64,000 nucleotides of DNA. Source: Eledone cirrhosa (Eukaryota). Below the pieces are notes generated by a model, which saw nothing but the letters and a program-made list of their open reading frames with translations, was not told where the DNA came from and did no database searches. The translations under genes were made by a program, and so were the position numbers. The stretch is from assembly GCA_964016885.1 (NCBI GenBank), contig OZ024741.1, forward strand, positions 355,136,001-355,200,000, given 5' to 3'. Positions 1-13,001 of the stretch are shown here, in pieces; within the stretch, counting starts at the first letter, position 1, and every line of letters begins with the position of its first letter.

Positions 1-57
1 ATGATGATGATTGTGATGTGTTATATAATGTCTCAACTTATTTCCTTCAATAGACAC

Positions 58-200
58 TGGCATAACTGTGTGGTTAAGATGCTCTCTCTTGCAACAAGTG
101 GGTTTGGATTTGATCTCTCTGTGTGGTACTTTGGGCAAGTGTCATCTACTAAAGACTTGAGCAGACTAGTGTCTTCTGAGTGAAATTGGTAGATGGAAAC
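58..200 (+). mobile_element. Degenerate tRNA-derived SINE (CORE-like centre)
   Basis: tRNA-like head (tgtgtggttaag...gggtttgga) followed by ctttgggcaagtgtcatctact...tggtagatggaaact. Related copies at ~9605-9740 (+), ~11495-11600 (-) and ~45360-45510 (-). Confidence 0.55.
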
Positions 201-616
201 TCTCTCTCTCTCTGTGAATATGCATGTGTGTGTGTGTGCACATGAATTTGTCTTTGTGTGGCTTCGAATTTGGGCAGATGGTGATATTTGTTTGTGACAT
301 TCAGCTCACTGGTTTCCCATGTGAAGTTCAGTGGAAGTACCTTACTTAAAAAAGAATGAATAAATCATGGGTTGGTATCAGGAAGCCACATGGCTTCGTA
401 CTTTGGGTTTTGGATTCAGTATTGTAAGATTGTAGCTTTGATTCCCGGAGCAGTCAGTGCATTGTGTTCTTGAGGCAAATAATTTATTTCATATTGCTCA
501 TTCTACCAGGAGTTGTAACTGGCAGATAGTATCAACAATGTAAAGATGAACAGAAACATTGATACAATCTAATCATCAGCTCCTTTCCTATGTTTTATGT
601 CAAAAAAATTATCTAA

Positions 617-906
617 CCCTTTAGCATTAAACCATCTGTATCCAGCCAGAATTCTCTTTCTGTTCAAACCAGCCGTAAGTGGCCACTCATACTGATGTTA
701 ACCCATTAGCATTTAAACCAGCGATATCCGGCCAGAATTTTTTCACCGCTTTCTGTTCAAACCGGCCATAACTGGCCACTCATACTGATGTTAAGGTATT
801 GTTCTCAAAATAAATAATATCAAAATCTCATAGATTCAATATGTGAGATAAAGCCTTTACCGTAAAAATACAATAGCATATATAGAGTAATGTAAATGCT
901 AAAGGG
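617..906. mobile_element. piggyBac-like MITE with internally duplicated left end
   Basis: TIRs ccctttagcatt (617) and aatgctaaaggg (895-906), flanked by CTAA on both sides (TTAA-like TSD). A second left-end copy, ttaacccattagcattt, starts at 698. Confidence 0.65.
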
Positions 907-1584
907 CTAATCACACAAAAACTGCCTCAAAATATCCCATCCAATCAACACCAGTATGGAGAAGCAGATGTAAAAATGATCATGATGATGACAATGGTAA
1001 AAATACTTTCATATATAGCATACATTTAGATTATGATAATGAAAATTATTGTGTACAGTGCTCAGGTGCAATACAACTCATTAAAGGTGCATGTGTAGTA
1101 CATAGAATAATGTAAAAATGTCAGGAAAGTGAACAGCGTATGAGTCATGATATACACACAGATGCATGCAGTATATCTTGTACATCGAAATTTGGTTCTT
1201 TAATAGAAGAAAGGTTTTAAATCTCTTTCTCTTATTGTCTCTCTCTGTATCTATCTCTCTCTCTCTTCCTTTGTCTTATCTGTCTGTCTTTCCCTTTCTC
1301 TGCCTGTTTATCTCTCTCTCTCTCTCTCTGACACACACACACACAATATACATATGCATAAATATACACACTTAACACACAGATATACATACACATACAA
1401 ATAAACTTGCACATACACATAAACTTGCACATGCACACATCTGGTTGTCATGGAAACAGTTGGAAGAGTGGGTAAACCTTGCTTAAGGCTAATTAACTAT
1501 GTAACAACACCAACAATGAAAAAGTAAAAGGGGTGAAAATTAAATACACAGGAATTAAGGGAGTTAATCTGATGATGATGCTGA

Positions 1585-2425
1585 TTGTTTCTACTTTAGG
1601 CACAAGGCCAGCAATTTGAAGGGGAGGGGAAAGTCGATTAAATCGACCCCAGTGCTTTATTTTATCAACCCTGTAAGGATGAAAGGCAAAGCTAACCTCG
1701 GTGGGATTTGAAATCAGAATGTAAAGGGACGTAACTCTGTGCCGCATGGTGTCCAAAGCTTTACCAATACTGCCAATCGACCGCCCATAGTAATAATGAT
1801 TTCTAGTATAGACACAAGGCCAGTAATTTGGGGGAGGGGAAAATCGATTAAATCGACCCCAGTACGTTACTGGTGCATTATTTTATCAACCCTGTAAGGA
1901 TGAAAGGCAAAGTTAACCTCAGCGGGATTTGAACTCAGATCATAATGGGCGAAACTCTGTACCGCAAAGCATGGCGTCCAACCCTCTACCGATACTGCTA
2001 ATCCACCGTCCTAATAATATTAATAATAATTGTTTCTACTTTAGACACAAGGCCAGCAATTACCCAGTGCATTACTGGTACTTTATTTTATCGACCCCAT
2101 AAGGATGAAAGGCAAAGTCAACCTCGGCGGGATTTGAACTCAGATCGTAAAGGGACATAACTATGCTGGAAAGCATGTCCGACCCTCTACTGATACTGCC
2201 AATCCACCGTACAGATTTCTAATTTAACCACAAAGCCAGCAATTTGGAAGAAGGGGAAAGCTGATTACATGAACCCCAGTACAGGACTGGTACTTACTTT
2301 ATCAACTCCAGAAGGATGAAAGGAAAACTTGACGTTGGTGGGATTTGAATTCAGAATGTAAAGAGCCAGAGCAAATACCAGTGAACATTTCATTTGCCAC
2401 TCTAATGATTCTGTCAATTCACAAT
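1585..2425 (-). mobile_element. Head-to-tail cluster of four tRNA-derived SINE copies (Meta-domain-like centre)
   Basis: Motif tttatc(a/g)accc..taaggatgaaaggcaaag.taacctc.g.gggatttgaa recurs about every 200 bp (~1660, ~1882, ~2087, ~2298). Its reverse complement contains a B-box (GAGTTCAAATC). A partial fifth copy lies at ~2672-2775. Confidence 0.8.
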
Positions 2426-2665
2426 CCTCATCATCATCACCATCATCATTTAACATCCATTTTCCACACTAGCATGGGTTAGACAGGTTGCCCCATTAGA
2501 GGCAAGTTGGGTCAGGTGACCATGTCTTGCTCATATAGGACTGTTTGGGGCTTGATTTCTATGGCTGGATACCCTTCCTAACGCTAACCACTTTACAGTG
2601 TGTGCTGGGTGCTTTTTGACGTGACTCCTACACGCCCACTTTACAGTGTGGGCTGGATGTTTTGT
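2425..2665 (-). mobile_element. RTE 3' UTR / Ceph-domain fragment with (ATG)n tail
   Basis: Colinear with the RTE 3' UTR at 14499-14730 (ccacactagcatgggttagac...ggatacccttcctaac...ctttacagtgtgggctgg). Confidence 0.7.
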
Positions 2666-3249
2666 GAATGGTTTCTGATATAGGCACAATGCCAGCAATT
2701 TGAAGGGAAGTGGAAAGTCAATTAAATTTACCTCATTGCATTACTGGTACTTTATTTTATCAACCCCGTAAGGCTGATAAAAGTGGTGCCAAAGTTTTTT
2801 TTTTAAAAACCTACATCATCATCATCATCATCATCGTTTAACGTCCATCTTCCACGCTAGCATGACACTATATGACTTGTTTATCCTCAAATTATATATG
2901 AATAATGTATTCTATTTTTGTACTTTCAATCATTTGAAATTCCAATCTTCAAGTTAGTATATTTTGCTATTTTTTCGATTTCTTTCAAGGCAGCAGCAAC
3001 AGTAGTTGTTGTTTTTAACACTGCTGCATCAGCAAAGACTGGTACTTTAGATTCCCTTGTGACACATAAGAAACAATAATATCCGTTAATCCCTTCAAAC
3101 TACAGCAGTTAAAACTAAACATCACGAGATAAAAAAATGTTTAAAAAGTACAAAAAAAAAAATAGAAATTAAAACAAGCTTAAGAAAAAAGTATTTACAT
3201 GTTGACTCAAACTACAACAATTTGCAACCAAATCTCCCTCAAATCACAC

Positions 3250-3660
3250 TTTAGATAAAGAAGGATACATTGGACAGCATAGTTCCTGATATACAAAACA
3301 ATGGGATGGGCATGGTTGTCTTCTTGATCAGGGTTAAACTGGGGCTTAACAGAAACAATTTAACCATGATCATTTTAGATAAAGAAGGACAGTATAGTCC
3401 CTTATATACAAAACAAGGGGATGGGCTTGGTTGGATCAGGGTTAAACTGGGGCTTAGCAGAAACAATTCAACTGAGAACATTTTAGATAAAGAAGGGTCC
3501 ATAGGGCAGCATAGTCCCTACTAAAGGCAGTGCCCCAGCATGGCCTCAGCTGGATGGTTGGAACAGGTAAAAGGGTAAAAGAGTAAAATATACAAAACAA
3601 TGGGATGGGCTTGGTTGGATCAGGGTTGATGTGGGGCTTAAGAGAAATAACTTAACCAAG
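3250..3660. repeat. ~110-120 bp tandem repeat (3 copies), third copy interrupted by a CR1-type LINE 3' tail (~3521-3588)
   Basis: ttttagataaagaagg...atacaaaacaa.gggatgggc...gatcagggtt recurs. The insert gtgccccagcatggcctcagc...aacaggtaaaag matches 14327-14380. Confidence 0.7.
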
Positions 3661-4234
3661 AGTTACATTTTTCATTTATTTATTTATTTTATTTTTGTTT
3701 TCTTTTTCTAAGCTTGAATAAGTGAAAGACATAGTGAGTGAGAAGTGTCAAGTGTCTCAATCAGCTTAATAAGAAATCAGAAGATAAGTTCTGTCTTTTT
3801 TTTATCTGTTACACTTTATAGTCTTAATCACCAGTTAACATCATTAGTTAATTACTAAGGTGTGACTTTTTCTTGGCACTAGACAGCAACAAGGTCAATT
3901 GTAATTTGAAATTAATTACAAAATTTAGCTTTTTAAATTGAGGTCAAAATATTGGTGCAGTGCACAAAGGGTGTCTTCAGTATCTGGCCACAGTTTCTAA
4001 TCATAGTATACTTTCATAATACAAAAGGCAAAAAGAAAATCGATATAACAATTATTTATTTTCTTTATATATGTATCACATGGTAGATTTTTGTAAAGCA
4101 GGAAGTAAAATGTACAGTTCAGCGAACCAACACCAATATATTTCTTCTAAGCCTCAGCACCTATGTTAGTTTAAGCTTTACTTATCCAGACTAGCCATGT
4201 GCGGGATGACAGGTGGATTCCATGACAGTGGGAT

Positions 4235-4460
4235 GGAATTTGAGCGCAGAATGCAAAAAAAAACAAAACAGAACAAATATTGCAAGGCATGTTATCCAAC
4301 ACTAACAATTCCACCAATCCACTACCCTGGACTTGTACTTGATTTTATTGACCCTGAATACTGACCTCATGTAGGATTTGAACTTAGAGCACAGAAAGCT
4401 GGGATAAATACTACAAGGTATTTTGTCCATTGCTTTATCAACACTGCCAGTTAGTGACCT
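4235..4460 (-). mobile_element. Two degenerate tandem SINE copies (same family as 1585-2425)
   Basis: ggaatttgagcgcagaat and ggatttgaacttagagc B-box regions, with ttttattgaccc between them. Confidence 0.5.
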
Positions 4461-4854
4461 TAAATTATTAAGTCAAATGACTGAAATTAGTAAAAGAATA
4501 AAAAAAATAATATATTTCAGGTATCAAAAATGAAAATTCACAGGTAACACAATTAATTGCCCGTCTAATTTACTATTTACATAATTCATCAAAATGCTAA
4601 ATTTGTTCTAAAAAAAAGCTGGTATTCCAACATTTGTACAACAGAGTTAAACAACCTGTTTCTGTTGTTGTTGATGATGTTGTTGTTGCTTAGCCTCACA
4701 TCAACCCCGGTCATGTACACTAACGGTCATGTACACTAACAATTAAAGCTATTCCAGCTGTGAATATATATTCTTTATTTTCAAGACAAGTGAATCTAGG
4801 ACTTCATTATCCTTTTCTTTTTAAAGATAGTAGAATGTGATTTGTGGGAGATTT

Positions 4855-4965
4855 TTCTGCTAATTCTAGCAGGTCAAGTTATTGTTTAGCTCCAGGTCAG
4901 CAATAACTTTTTCTGCTAATTCTAGCAGGTCGTGTTATTGTTTAGCTCCAGGTCAGCAATAACTG
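4855..4965. repeat. ~56-bp direct tandem duplication
   Basis: tttctgctaattctagcaggtc...ttattgtttagctccaggtcagcaataact occurs twice. Confidence 0.7.
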
Positions 4966-5287
4966 AGCATATTTATGATTAAAGTTGTTTCAGCTGTGAT
5001 AGTTCAATGATTTTTTCCTCAGACATACCTTTTTTCAAACATAAAACCGTTTAGAATAGGTACACCGTGTCCTGAATGTTGTAAGAGACAACTAAAAGGG
5101 TTGGTGCCAGGAAGAGTATCCAACCACAAAATATTGCCTCAAAAAGGACCCCATGATGAATATGACGTCTGTCATGAGGCCTGAAATGCCAATCCCTCTT
5201 TTAGGAAGGAAAATAGTTTTCAAATGCTTGTGTTGTAAAATAATTACTGATACTTAATCAGTTATTGTTGTTGACTAAAAACCGTTT

Positions 5288-5450
5288 CTGGGTTGGCAGA
5301 GTTATTAGAGTGTTGGACAAATGCTTAGCAGTATTTGTTCTGGGTCTTTACTTTCTAAGTTCAATTCCTGCAGAGATCAAGTTTGCCTTTCATCCTGCCA
5401 ATATTGATAAAATAAAGAACCAGTCAAGCACTGGGTTTGATATAATCACC
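5288..5450 (+). mobile_element. Degenerate SINE (Meta-like family); further copies at ~5812-5925 (-), ~6150-6270 (-), ~6640-6800 (+), ~43122-43272 (+), ~44893-45035 (-)
   Basis: ttggcagagttattagag...aagttcaattcc...tttgcctttcatcct...gataaaataaagaaccagt. Confidence 0.6.
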
Positions 5451-6837
5451 TTTCGTTTCTACCCCAGCTGCTGGAAATCCTTATTGTTCCTTATACATAC
5501 AGTGCTGAGGAAATTCTTCACCACTTCATGATATTAGTGAGTGATGGAATATTCGATACCAACATTCAGGAGGGGAGGTGAACTCTGTATGTCTTATGAA
5601 ACCATGGATTTGCACTTGCACATGTTTTGGCAAGGTTTTCTGTAAAAGACCAACAACTGGCTATGCATGCTAGTCTTTCCTCTCTAAACCACCAATATTG
5701 TCCAAAGGAAAAGCAAGGTCTGATATAGATTGGCACCAGTGATAGCACATGTCAAAAGAGATACCAAAAGTTATCATGTTTAACACTCTAACAATTCCAC
5801 AAATCCACTTTTGACTGGTACTATATTTATCAACCCCTAGAAAGATGAAAGACAAAGTTGAGAGCTGGAACAAATACAGTGAGGCATTTACATCCACTGC
5901 TTCAATAGCTCTGCTAATTTCCTCCCTCTAAAATGGTCAGTAAAAGCCAGTCTGTACACTAAAATAGTTGGTACTATGATGTATATGAAGTTCTAAGGGC
6001 TCTGTCATGATATATAGTGAGTCTTAGGCACTATAAAACTGGCAGAGCATTATCCCTTCTCCAGGTCTGAACATAGTTGACATTTAGAGAAGGATAGAGA
6101 GATAGTGATAGAGGGAAAGTGAGAAAGAGATATAGAGGGGAAAAATCAACACCAGTATTGAACTGGTATTTTTTTTTTATCGACCTTAAAAGGATGAAAG
6201 GCTAAGTTGATCTTGACAGGATTTGAAGTGCAAACTCAGAACAAATACTGATGTTCTAACAACTGTGCCATCAGTGCTAAAATACCCTGCAAAAGCCATT
6301 CTCTTCATCATAACAGCCAGCTCTATGATACTGTTCACTATAACAGTCACTGGAAGTGGTTGACATCATGGTTTGTTTGCTTAAAGTTCTTGTTTGTGAC
6401 CTAAAACAACAACAAAAATGTCCAAGTGACATCAATAATTCTCCACCAACCCCACACTTTCACCATCCATCCCTGCTGCTTTGTGAGTGTTAGTGTGTTT
6501 ATAAAACAATACTAGAAGCTAGAGGGAAGTGATGGTGGAGGTGATGGTGGCAGTGGTGACATACTGGGAGTGGATGCTCTGTATCATGATTTAATTCTTG
6601 TTATTACGGTTGTTATCTTTATTACATTATTATATAAGGTGGGAGGTGGTTATCAGAATTGTTAGAGCATCAAACAAAATGCTTTGTGGTATTTGTTCTG
6701 ATTCCTTACATTCTGAGTCCAACTTTGTTTTACATCTATTCAGAGTCAATAAAATAAGGTACTAGTCAACTACTGGGGTTGATTTAATCAACTAAACCTC
6801 TCCTCCCAAATTATAATTCAGCCCTGTTCAGGCATGA

Positions 6838-6943
6838 GGTAACTGATTATGTTCGATTATTTATCCTGGATACCCTTAGAGATTATTTATCCTTGTTACT
6901 CTTAAGGGTATCCAGGATAAATAATCCAACGTGATCAGTTACC
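6838..6943. repeat. ~44-bp-arm inverted repeat abutting the Penelope-like remnant
   Basis: ggtaactgattatgttcgattatttatcctggatacccttagag versus ctcttaagggtatccaggataaataatccaacgtgatcagttacc. Confidence 0.8.
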
Positions 6944-6959
6944 CCCCGCCCTCTATTTT

Positions 6960-7600
6960 TTAACCCAATGAGAGTTGTAAGGGATCAGAAGTGATTTATT
7001 TGTGTTCATAATTATTCAGATATTGGTGTTGCTGATTCTAGTAAGTTGTTTCCTGAAGTCTAGAGCTTTCATGAGAGGTTTCAGTATAGAAGGATAAAAG
7101 TCCACGATGTCAAACTGGGTAATCGTAGAGGTTGCTTTATTCTCAATGAACCAGTTCATGACTGTTGTTGGAGTCAATGGTGTTGAGAATACATTTACTA
7201 ACTGTCTAACTTGCTCATAGAGGGATTGATCAGCTTGCACTGAGAGATAGATAAGTTAGGTTTGTGGTCATTAAGGGGGGCATAGGCGAAGGGGAGGTGG
7301 TCCACACAGTCTCCTATCTTTAGAGGTGTGGCTAACACCTTTGCTTTAATGTTTATGTTATAGTGGTATTGGTTTACTCGTATGTATTTGTAATAGTGTT
7401 AAAAAGGAGTCTTGTGTGCAGTGGACTTTGTTTCATATATATTCTTTGTTTTGTCAGTGAGAATGTACACCTTGTGGGATTGTTTGAGATGTGTTGTATA
7501 ACTGTTTAAGGAGTTTTAAAGGGATTAGAACACTGTTGAAACCTTAACGCTTTTATGAGCTTTACGAGTATGTTTCAAAGATCTCAAGTTCAAAAATTAA
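6960..7600 (-). pseudogene. Degenerate Penelope-like element (PLE) reverse transcriptase fragment
   Basis: Frameshifted minus-strand motifs in the correct order: ILTDKTKNIY (ADKT), LNDHKPNL (LKDHKPNF), CKLINP, VMNWF and QFDIVDFYPSI...KALDF, typical of PLE RTs. Confidence 0.75.
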
Positions 7601-7781
7601 GGATGGAGGAGGGCCTTACCATGATGTGTATGTGTGTGTGTGTATATATATATATATGAGGGAGAGGGAGAGAAAGAGAGAAAGAAAGGGAGAGAGAGAG
7701 AAGGAAAAGGCCAATCATTAGATTGGACCAATGAAACTATGTTTCCATAGAACGCAGTGAGCCACAACAAACACTGTAAAG

Positions 7782-8450
7782 CAGGGATCAGCAATCCCTG
7801 GCCCGCAAAGGATTTTTGTCTGACCCACAAACAGGTTTCAATCTTAGGCTACGTGATCCCTGAATAAGTGCTCTGAATTATTTCGGATTAGAATACCAAC
7901 TAGAGAACACATCTAGCCACATGACTCACTTAGCTGAACGTAATTTTTTGCATGACAGTAACAAACAATCAAACTCAGAGGCAGTACGTATACCTGCAAC
8001 ATCTTTTTTCCAAAATGAAATATACCAAAGATCGTTTAAGGACAAGCTGCGTGATGACCATCTGGACGATGTTCTACTCCTGTACTCAACAAATATTTCA
8101 CCTGATGTACAGAAGCTATCCAATGACAGGCAAAAACAAGTATCTCATTACACAATTTACCATTTCTGCCTGTATTTTATTTGTAATAAAGAATGTCATT
8201 TAAGTAATATCAAATAAAATTCATTGTTTTTCTTTAAATCCCAGGATTAAGGTAGCCTTCTGGATAGAGCAGTCTGAGATCGAGCAAATTTATTATAATT
8301 TGATATCATGGCCCAGGATTAAGGTAGCCTTCATACAGAGCAGCCTGAGGTCGAGCAAATTTATTATATTTTGATATCATGCCCTGCCAATGGGACACTG
8401 CATAGCAATGTGTCTCCCCCCCCCCCACCCCCAAAGGTCACCGACCCCTG
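7782..8450 (+). mobile_element. Non-autonomous hAT (Charlie/Buster-like) deletion derivative with transposase C-terminal remnant
   Basis: TIRs cagggatcagcaatcc and aggtcaccgacccctg, with a perfect 8-bp TSD ctgtaaag (7774-7781, 8451-8458). Internal frameshifted peptide LFSKMKYTKDRLR...LRDDHLDDVLLLYSTNISPDVQKLSNDRQKQVSH. Confidence 0.88.
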
Positions 8451-8551
8451 CTGTAAAGCATTTAATTTGACACTAACAACTCTGCTAAACCACCATGTAT
8501 CACTCCCTCTCTTTCTCTCTCTCTATTTATCTATCTATCTATATCTATATA

Positions 8552-8596
<45 letters not shown>

Positions 8597-8608
8597 CATA
8601 CATACAAT

Positions 8609-8658
<50 letters not shown>

Positions 8659-9781
8659 ATTTTTTTTCAAAAATTCAGGTCTAATGACTGTTGAACAACA
8701 TAAAGCTGACATACAGAACACAGCTGCTTGGAACTGGAACTGTAAATGTCAGCTAAAAATCATTTACATAAGACAAACTCTATTTCTGTGTTTCTACTAG
8801 AGAAGACCCCAACTAAATGTCTAACATTCTGAGCTCTAATTCATTATTCATTTCCACAATTATTTCATTAAATTAATTCTACATTTACAATTCTACAATT
8901 AATTCTACATTCTATTTATATCTATAGAAGGTTGTTTAGCAGGATATTTATCAAAAGCATTCTAGCCATAACTATCCCATCTTTTCAAGGTTATGTCCTT
9001 TTAACAGGGTAGTGCTGAAGTCATGATAAAACACTTCCAGTACATACTGTAAAGTAATAAGCTTTAGGAAGGACATTCGTCTGTAAAAACTAAGGCAAAA
9101 AATGGAGCATACAAGCAAGACATAATCATCTGACCTGTCTAGCCTCAGTAGTGACAGCCCATCTAACACATGAAAACATGGAAAACAAATGTAAAATGGG
9201 GATGATGATGATAAAAAAAAAATTGGCAGAAAGAAACTGAGATTTAGATTACAAAATCCTCTGGAAAGGTAGTGACTCTAAATAAGAACCGACACAGGGA
9301 TACAATAAAATACTCTTGCAGTTCAGAGTGTATAAAGTATTTGGCAAATTAACAGGAATGGTGGAAGCATTTCTGAATTGGATTGGAGGAGGGGATTTGG
9401 TCAATTTAGTTGTAGTGATCAGTTTAGCTTTTATTATCAAATATCAACTAAGATATAAAAAAAAAACTCTGATATGCGATAAACATAACGTACTTAAATT
9501 GTAGTGCCTATACAAATAGATACGTGTTTTGATAGTGAGTTCCACTGACCCCTGATTAAGGCGCTCCAACCAATGGCTATCTTAATTAACAATGTTTGAC
9601 TAGGTATGGCTGAGTATTTAAAAAGTTTGCTTCACAACCACGTGCTTTTTGTTCAATCCCACTGCGTGGCATCATGACAAATATAGGCTTGGGCTGACTG
9701 ATGGCTTGTTAGTGAAAATAAACGGAAAGCCTGTTGAATGTGTATGTGCGCACACACACACACATATATATATTTATATAT

Positions 9782-10122
9782 GGAGGCACATGGCTTAATG
9801 GTTAGAGCATTGGCCTTGCAATCAAAAGGTTGTGAGTTCAATTCTCAGACCGGGTGATGTGTTGTTTCCTTGAGCAAGACACTTTATTTCACATTGCTCC
9901 AGTTTACTCAGCTGTAGAAATGAGATGATAGGACTGGGGTCCCTATCATTCCACTGCAAAGTGGTCATGGAGGTGCCACGGCAAAAAAGCACCCAGCACT
10001 CACTGTAAATGAGGTTGGTGTTAGGAAGGGCATCCAGCTGTAGAAATCAAACCAGAATCAGTTCCCGTCCCACTCTTGCAAGCAGGGAAAAAGTGGACGT
10101 AAAATGAAATGATGATGAATGA
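9782..10122 (+). mobile_element. Composite tRNA-derived SINE (V-like domain + Ceph domain + RTE tail)
   Basis: A-box tggcttaatgg, B-box gagttcaattc, ccttgagcaagacact, ggttggtgttaggaagggcatccagctgtag, tail cttgcaagcaggg...ggacgtaaaatga. Confidence 0.85.
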
Positions 10123-10290
10123 TATATATACCATTTATGTTAGATGATTTAACTAATGGGTCGATCTAGTCATTCTTATTATTAGACCATGTTCCAATAA
10201 CCCAAAGTACTCAACGTTATGTGTATCATCCATCGTAGATGTGGTATTTCGTGGTTGGTGCAGGAATGGAGTTAAATATTTCAATGAAGT

Positions 10291-10545
10291 ATTTATTTGT
10301 TGTTTTTAACAAGATTAGAGGGCGTCATATATGCTGTGATAGCAGTTCCAGTCTCTGGCTGAAAACCAGCGTAATGTTACGGTGAATCGCTTAAAGGGAA
10401 TAAATATTAGTGGTGTAAAGTTTTATAAAAATTTCAAAGATTGTAAAAAGGAGGAAACCAGTGGAAATAATTATTCAGCAAGAGACTGGAACTGCTATTG
10501 TAGCATATATGGTGCCCTCTGACTTGTTAAAAACAACAAACAAAT
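10291..10545. repeat. Diverged inverted repeat, ~72-bp arms with ~110-bp spacer
   Basis: 10291-10363 is the approximate reverse complement of 10474-10545. Confidence 0.8.
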
Positions 10546-10800
10546 GGTTCTGAGCAGCTTTACGACTGGCCGAGATTGATAGCGTCACATATCGGTCCAC
10601 AACAGGATTGTGTCACTGTAAAGTAACCACGCCCTCCTTGGTTGCACCTACAAACCCACAATGTATAGTATTGTTGAGTGTGTGGCATACAAAAGCCACC
10701 TGTCAGTGTTCACACTAACTGGCAAACAGCCTCCATACCAATTCTATTTTTTGTTTATATTTTGCCATAATCCAGTAATTGCTTACTTAATTTTTGAGAA

Positions 10801-10880
10801 TTACACCTGATGAAGTCACATGTCTTGCATAATATTCTGATGATGTAAGCCTGCTGGCCATAGAAATATGTATTGTGATT
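10801..10880 (+). ncRNA. Possible degenerate type I hammerhead ribozyme
   Basis: cac-CTGATGA (10807-10813)...GAAA (10863-10866)-tatgta-TT-gtg. Stem I is short and stem II weak; a second CTGATGA lies at 10837. Confidence 0.35.
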
Positions 10881-11794
10881 TTTGTAATATTAAAAGAATA
10901 TTTGGAATACGGCCTTCTTTTTTTGGATGAACGGACAAATGGATGGACGGGTGGATAAGGTATAAATCAAAGTTGTAGCTGCAGTAGTGCAGTTACCAAT
11001 CAAATTGTTTGAGGTAGTCACAAAGCACTCAATGGGGCAAAAAGTTAATACATTTTTTGTCCAGAGTAAACACAAAGTTAAAAAAGTGTGACACCATGAA
11101 TAAATCAACATACTTTTATAAAAAAGTATGAACACTTTAAAATAGTTAGTTTTGTATAACAGGACTAGGGGCAGTTTCAGGCAGTTTAGTATCAAAAGGG
11201 TTAATATGAGAAAGCAGATGACGTCCATGGGTCCAGCTCTTTATACCCACCAGCCCAACATTCTTTCTGTAATATGAGACAGCATGAAATTATGTTAATT
11301 TCAATGAAAAATTGATGTTAAACGATGATGATGATGATGAGTGCTCCAGTTGTTCAATCAACTGCTCCTGAAATTGGTGTGCAAGCCACTAAGCATTCCA
11401 CAGACATGTACCCTGAACATAATTCCCAGGGAGATTCAGCATGACACAGCGTGTGACCAGACTGACCTTTTAAATTACAGGTACAGTCCATCTGGCAGGC
11501 TTCCAAACAGTTTCATTCACTAAGTATGGATCAATCCAAGGCTATAGTAAATGACACTTGCTCAAACCCAAACTTCTTAACCAATTGACCATGCTGTGTC
11601 CACAATATGAGAATATTGCTTCAAGTTCACTCCAATGAGCCAGTACTTCCTTTCCCATGGTGAGATGCCCCTCCTCCAGCAAGCAACATATAACCTGAAC
11701 CCCTCCCTTTTTTATACTCTCACATTCATCAATGAACTCCCTCACCACAACCAAGGGCACACCAAAACCTTAGCACTGCAATAAAATAGTAGTG

Positions 11795-12045
11795 CTGGTG
11801 CCATGATAAAATGCACCCAGTCCTCTCTGTAAGGGGGTAGGGCTGGTGTCATGATAAAGTGCTCCCAGTACATGCTATAAAGTAGTTGCTGTTAGGAAGG
11901 GCATCCAGCCATAGATACCAAGCAAAAAATGGAATATATGAACAAGCCTTGGCCACTTCGTAAGTCTAGCCTTAGGTATGGTGTGTCAACCAATCTAACT
12001 CATGCCAGCATGAATAAACGATGTAAAACAGTGATGATTATGATA
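11795..12045 (+). mobile_element. Degenerate Ceph-domain/RTE-tail fragment
   Basis: Duplicated ggtgccatgataaaatgcacccag unit, then gttaggaagggcatccagcc and catgccagcatg...gatgtaaaa...gatgat. Confidence 0.55.
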
Positions 12046-12301
12046 AAGAATGAACAAGAATCATTTAATACAACTTGCTGAGAAATTCAAACCAGAATTT
12101 TAAGGTTATCAGTTCACATGTCAAAGATCCTTCATATGACTGATCTCTGACACAGTTAATGGGAGTTATATGCTGTGTGTAGCTTATAGTGACATATTAC
12201 TGTTGGATAGAGATAACAGGAATAGATTGAAAGAGGAAAAAAGGAGAGGGTCAGAGAGAGATATATAAATTAACAGTAGATACACATAGAGGCAGAGAAC
12301 T

Positions 12302-12632
12302 ATGGCTTAGTGGTTAGAGCATTGGCCTTGCAATCGAAAGGTTGTGAGTTCAATTTTCAAACCGGGTGATGTGTTGTTTCCTTGAGCAAGACACTTTATT
12401 TCACATTGCTCCAGTTTACTCAGCTGTAGAAATGAGATGATAGGACTGGGGTCCCTATCATTCCACTGCAAAGTGGACGTGTAGGTGCCACGGCAAAAAA
12501 GCACCCAGCACTCACTGTAAATGAGGTTGGTGTTAGGAAGGGCATCCAGCTGTAGAAATCAAGCCAGAATCAGTTCCCGTCCCACCCTTGCAAGCAGGGA
12601 AAAGCGGACGTAAAGTGAAATGAATGAAATGA
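12302..12632 (+). mobile_element. Composite SINE, second copy
   Basis: Near-identical to 9782-10122 and 39318-39657. Confidence 0.85.
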
Positions 12633-12640
12633 AATATACA

Positions 12641-12930
12641 CAGTCTCCCCCCCCCCCCCCCCCCCCCAATACCGATGGGGTACGTTCTAGAGCACCCACA
12701 AGATATAATGTAAAATATAATAAAAAAAAGAGGGAATGTCTTATGCAAAGGGGCGTCCAAATATGGTATATTGTTATTAATAATTTAGCGTTAAAAAAAT
12801 ATATATTGTCATGAAAAAAGCCATAAAAAACCGCAGGAGATATTTACGATTCCTCGAATATGCGGTGGTTTCCACGAACAATTATTAATTAAGTTTTAAG
12901 GAAAATTCCGCAAAATCCGGCGGAGGGAAC

Positions 12931-12934
<4 letters not shown>
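12641..12934. mobile_element. Possible hAT-like MITE
   Basis: Imperfect termini cagtctcccc and gggaacactg in a CA/TG microsatellite context; no clear TSD. Confidence 0.3.

Positions 12935-12998
<64 letters not shown>

Positions 12999-13001
<3 letters not shown>

Noticed and set aside
8972-9504. Short ORFs in unique sequence
   Set aside because: No recognisable homology or splice structure; lengths are as expected by chance.
12302-12365. tRNA-like sequences with A and B boxes
   Set aside because: These are SINE heads continuous with SINE bodies, not tRNA genes.
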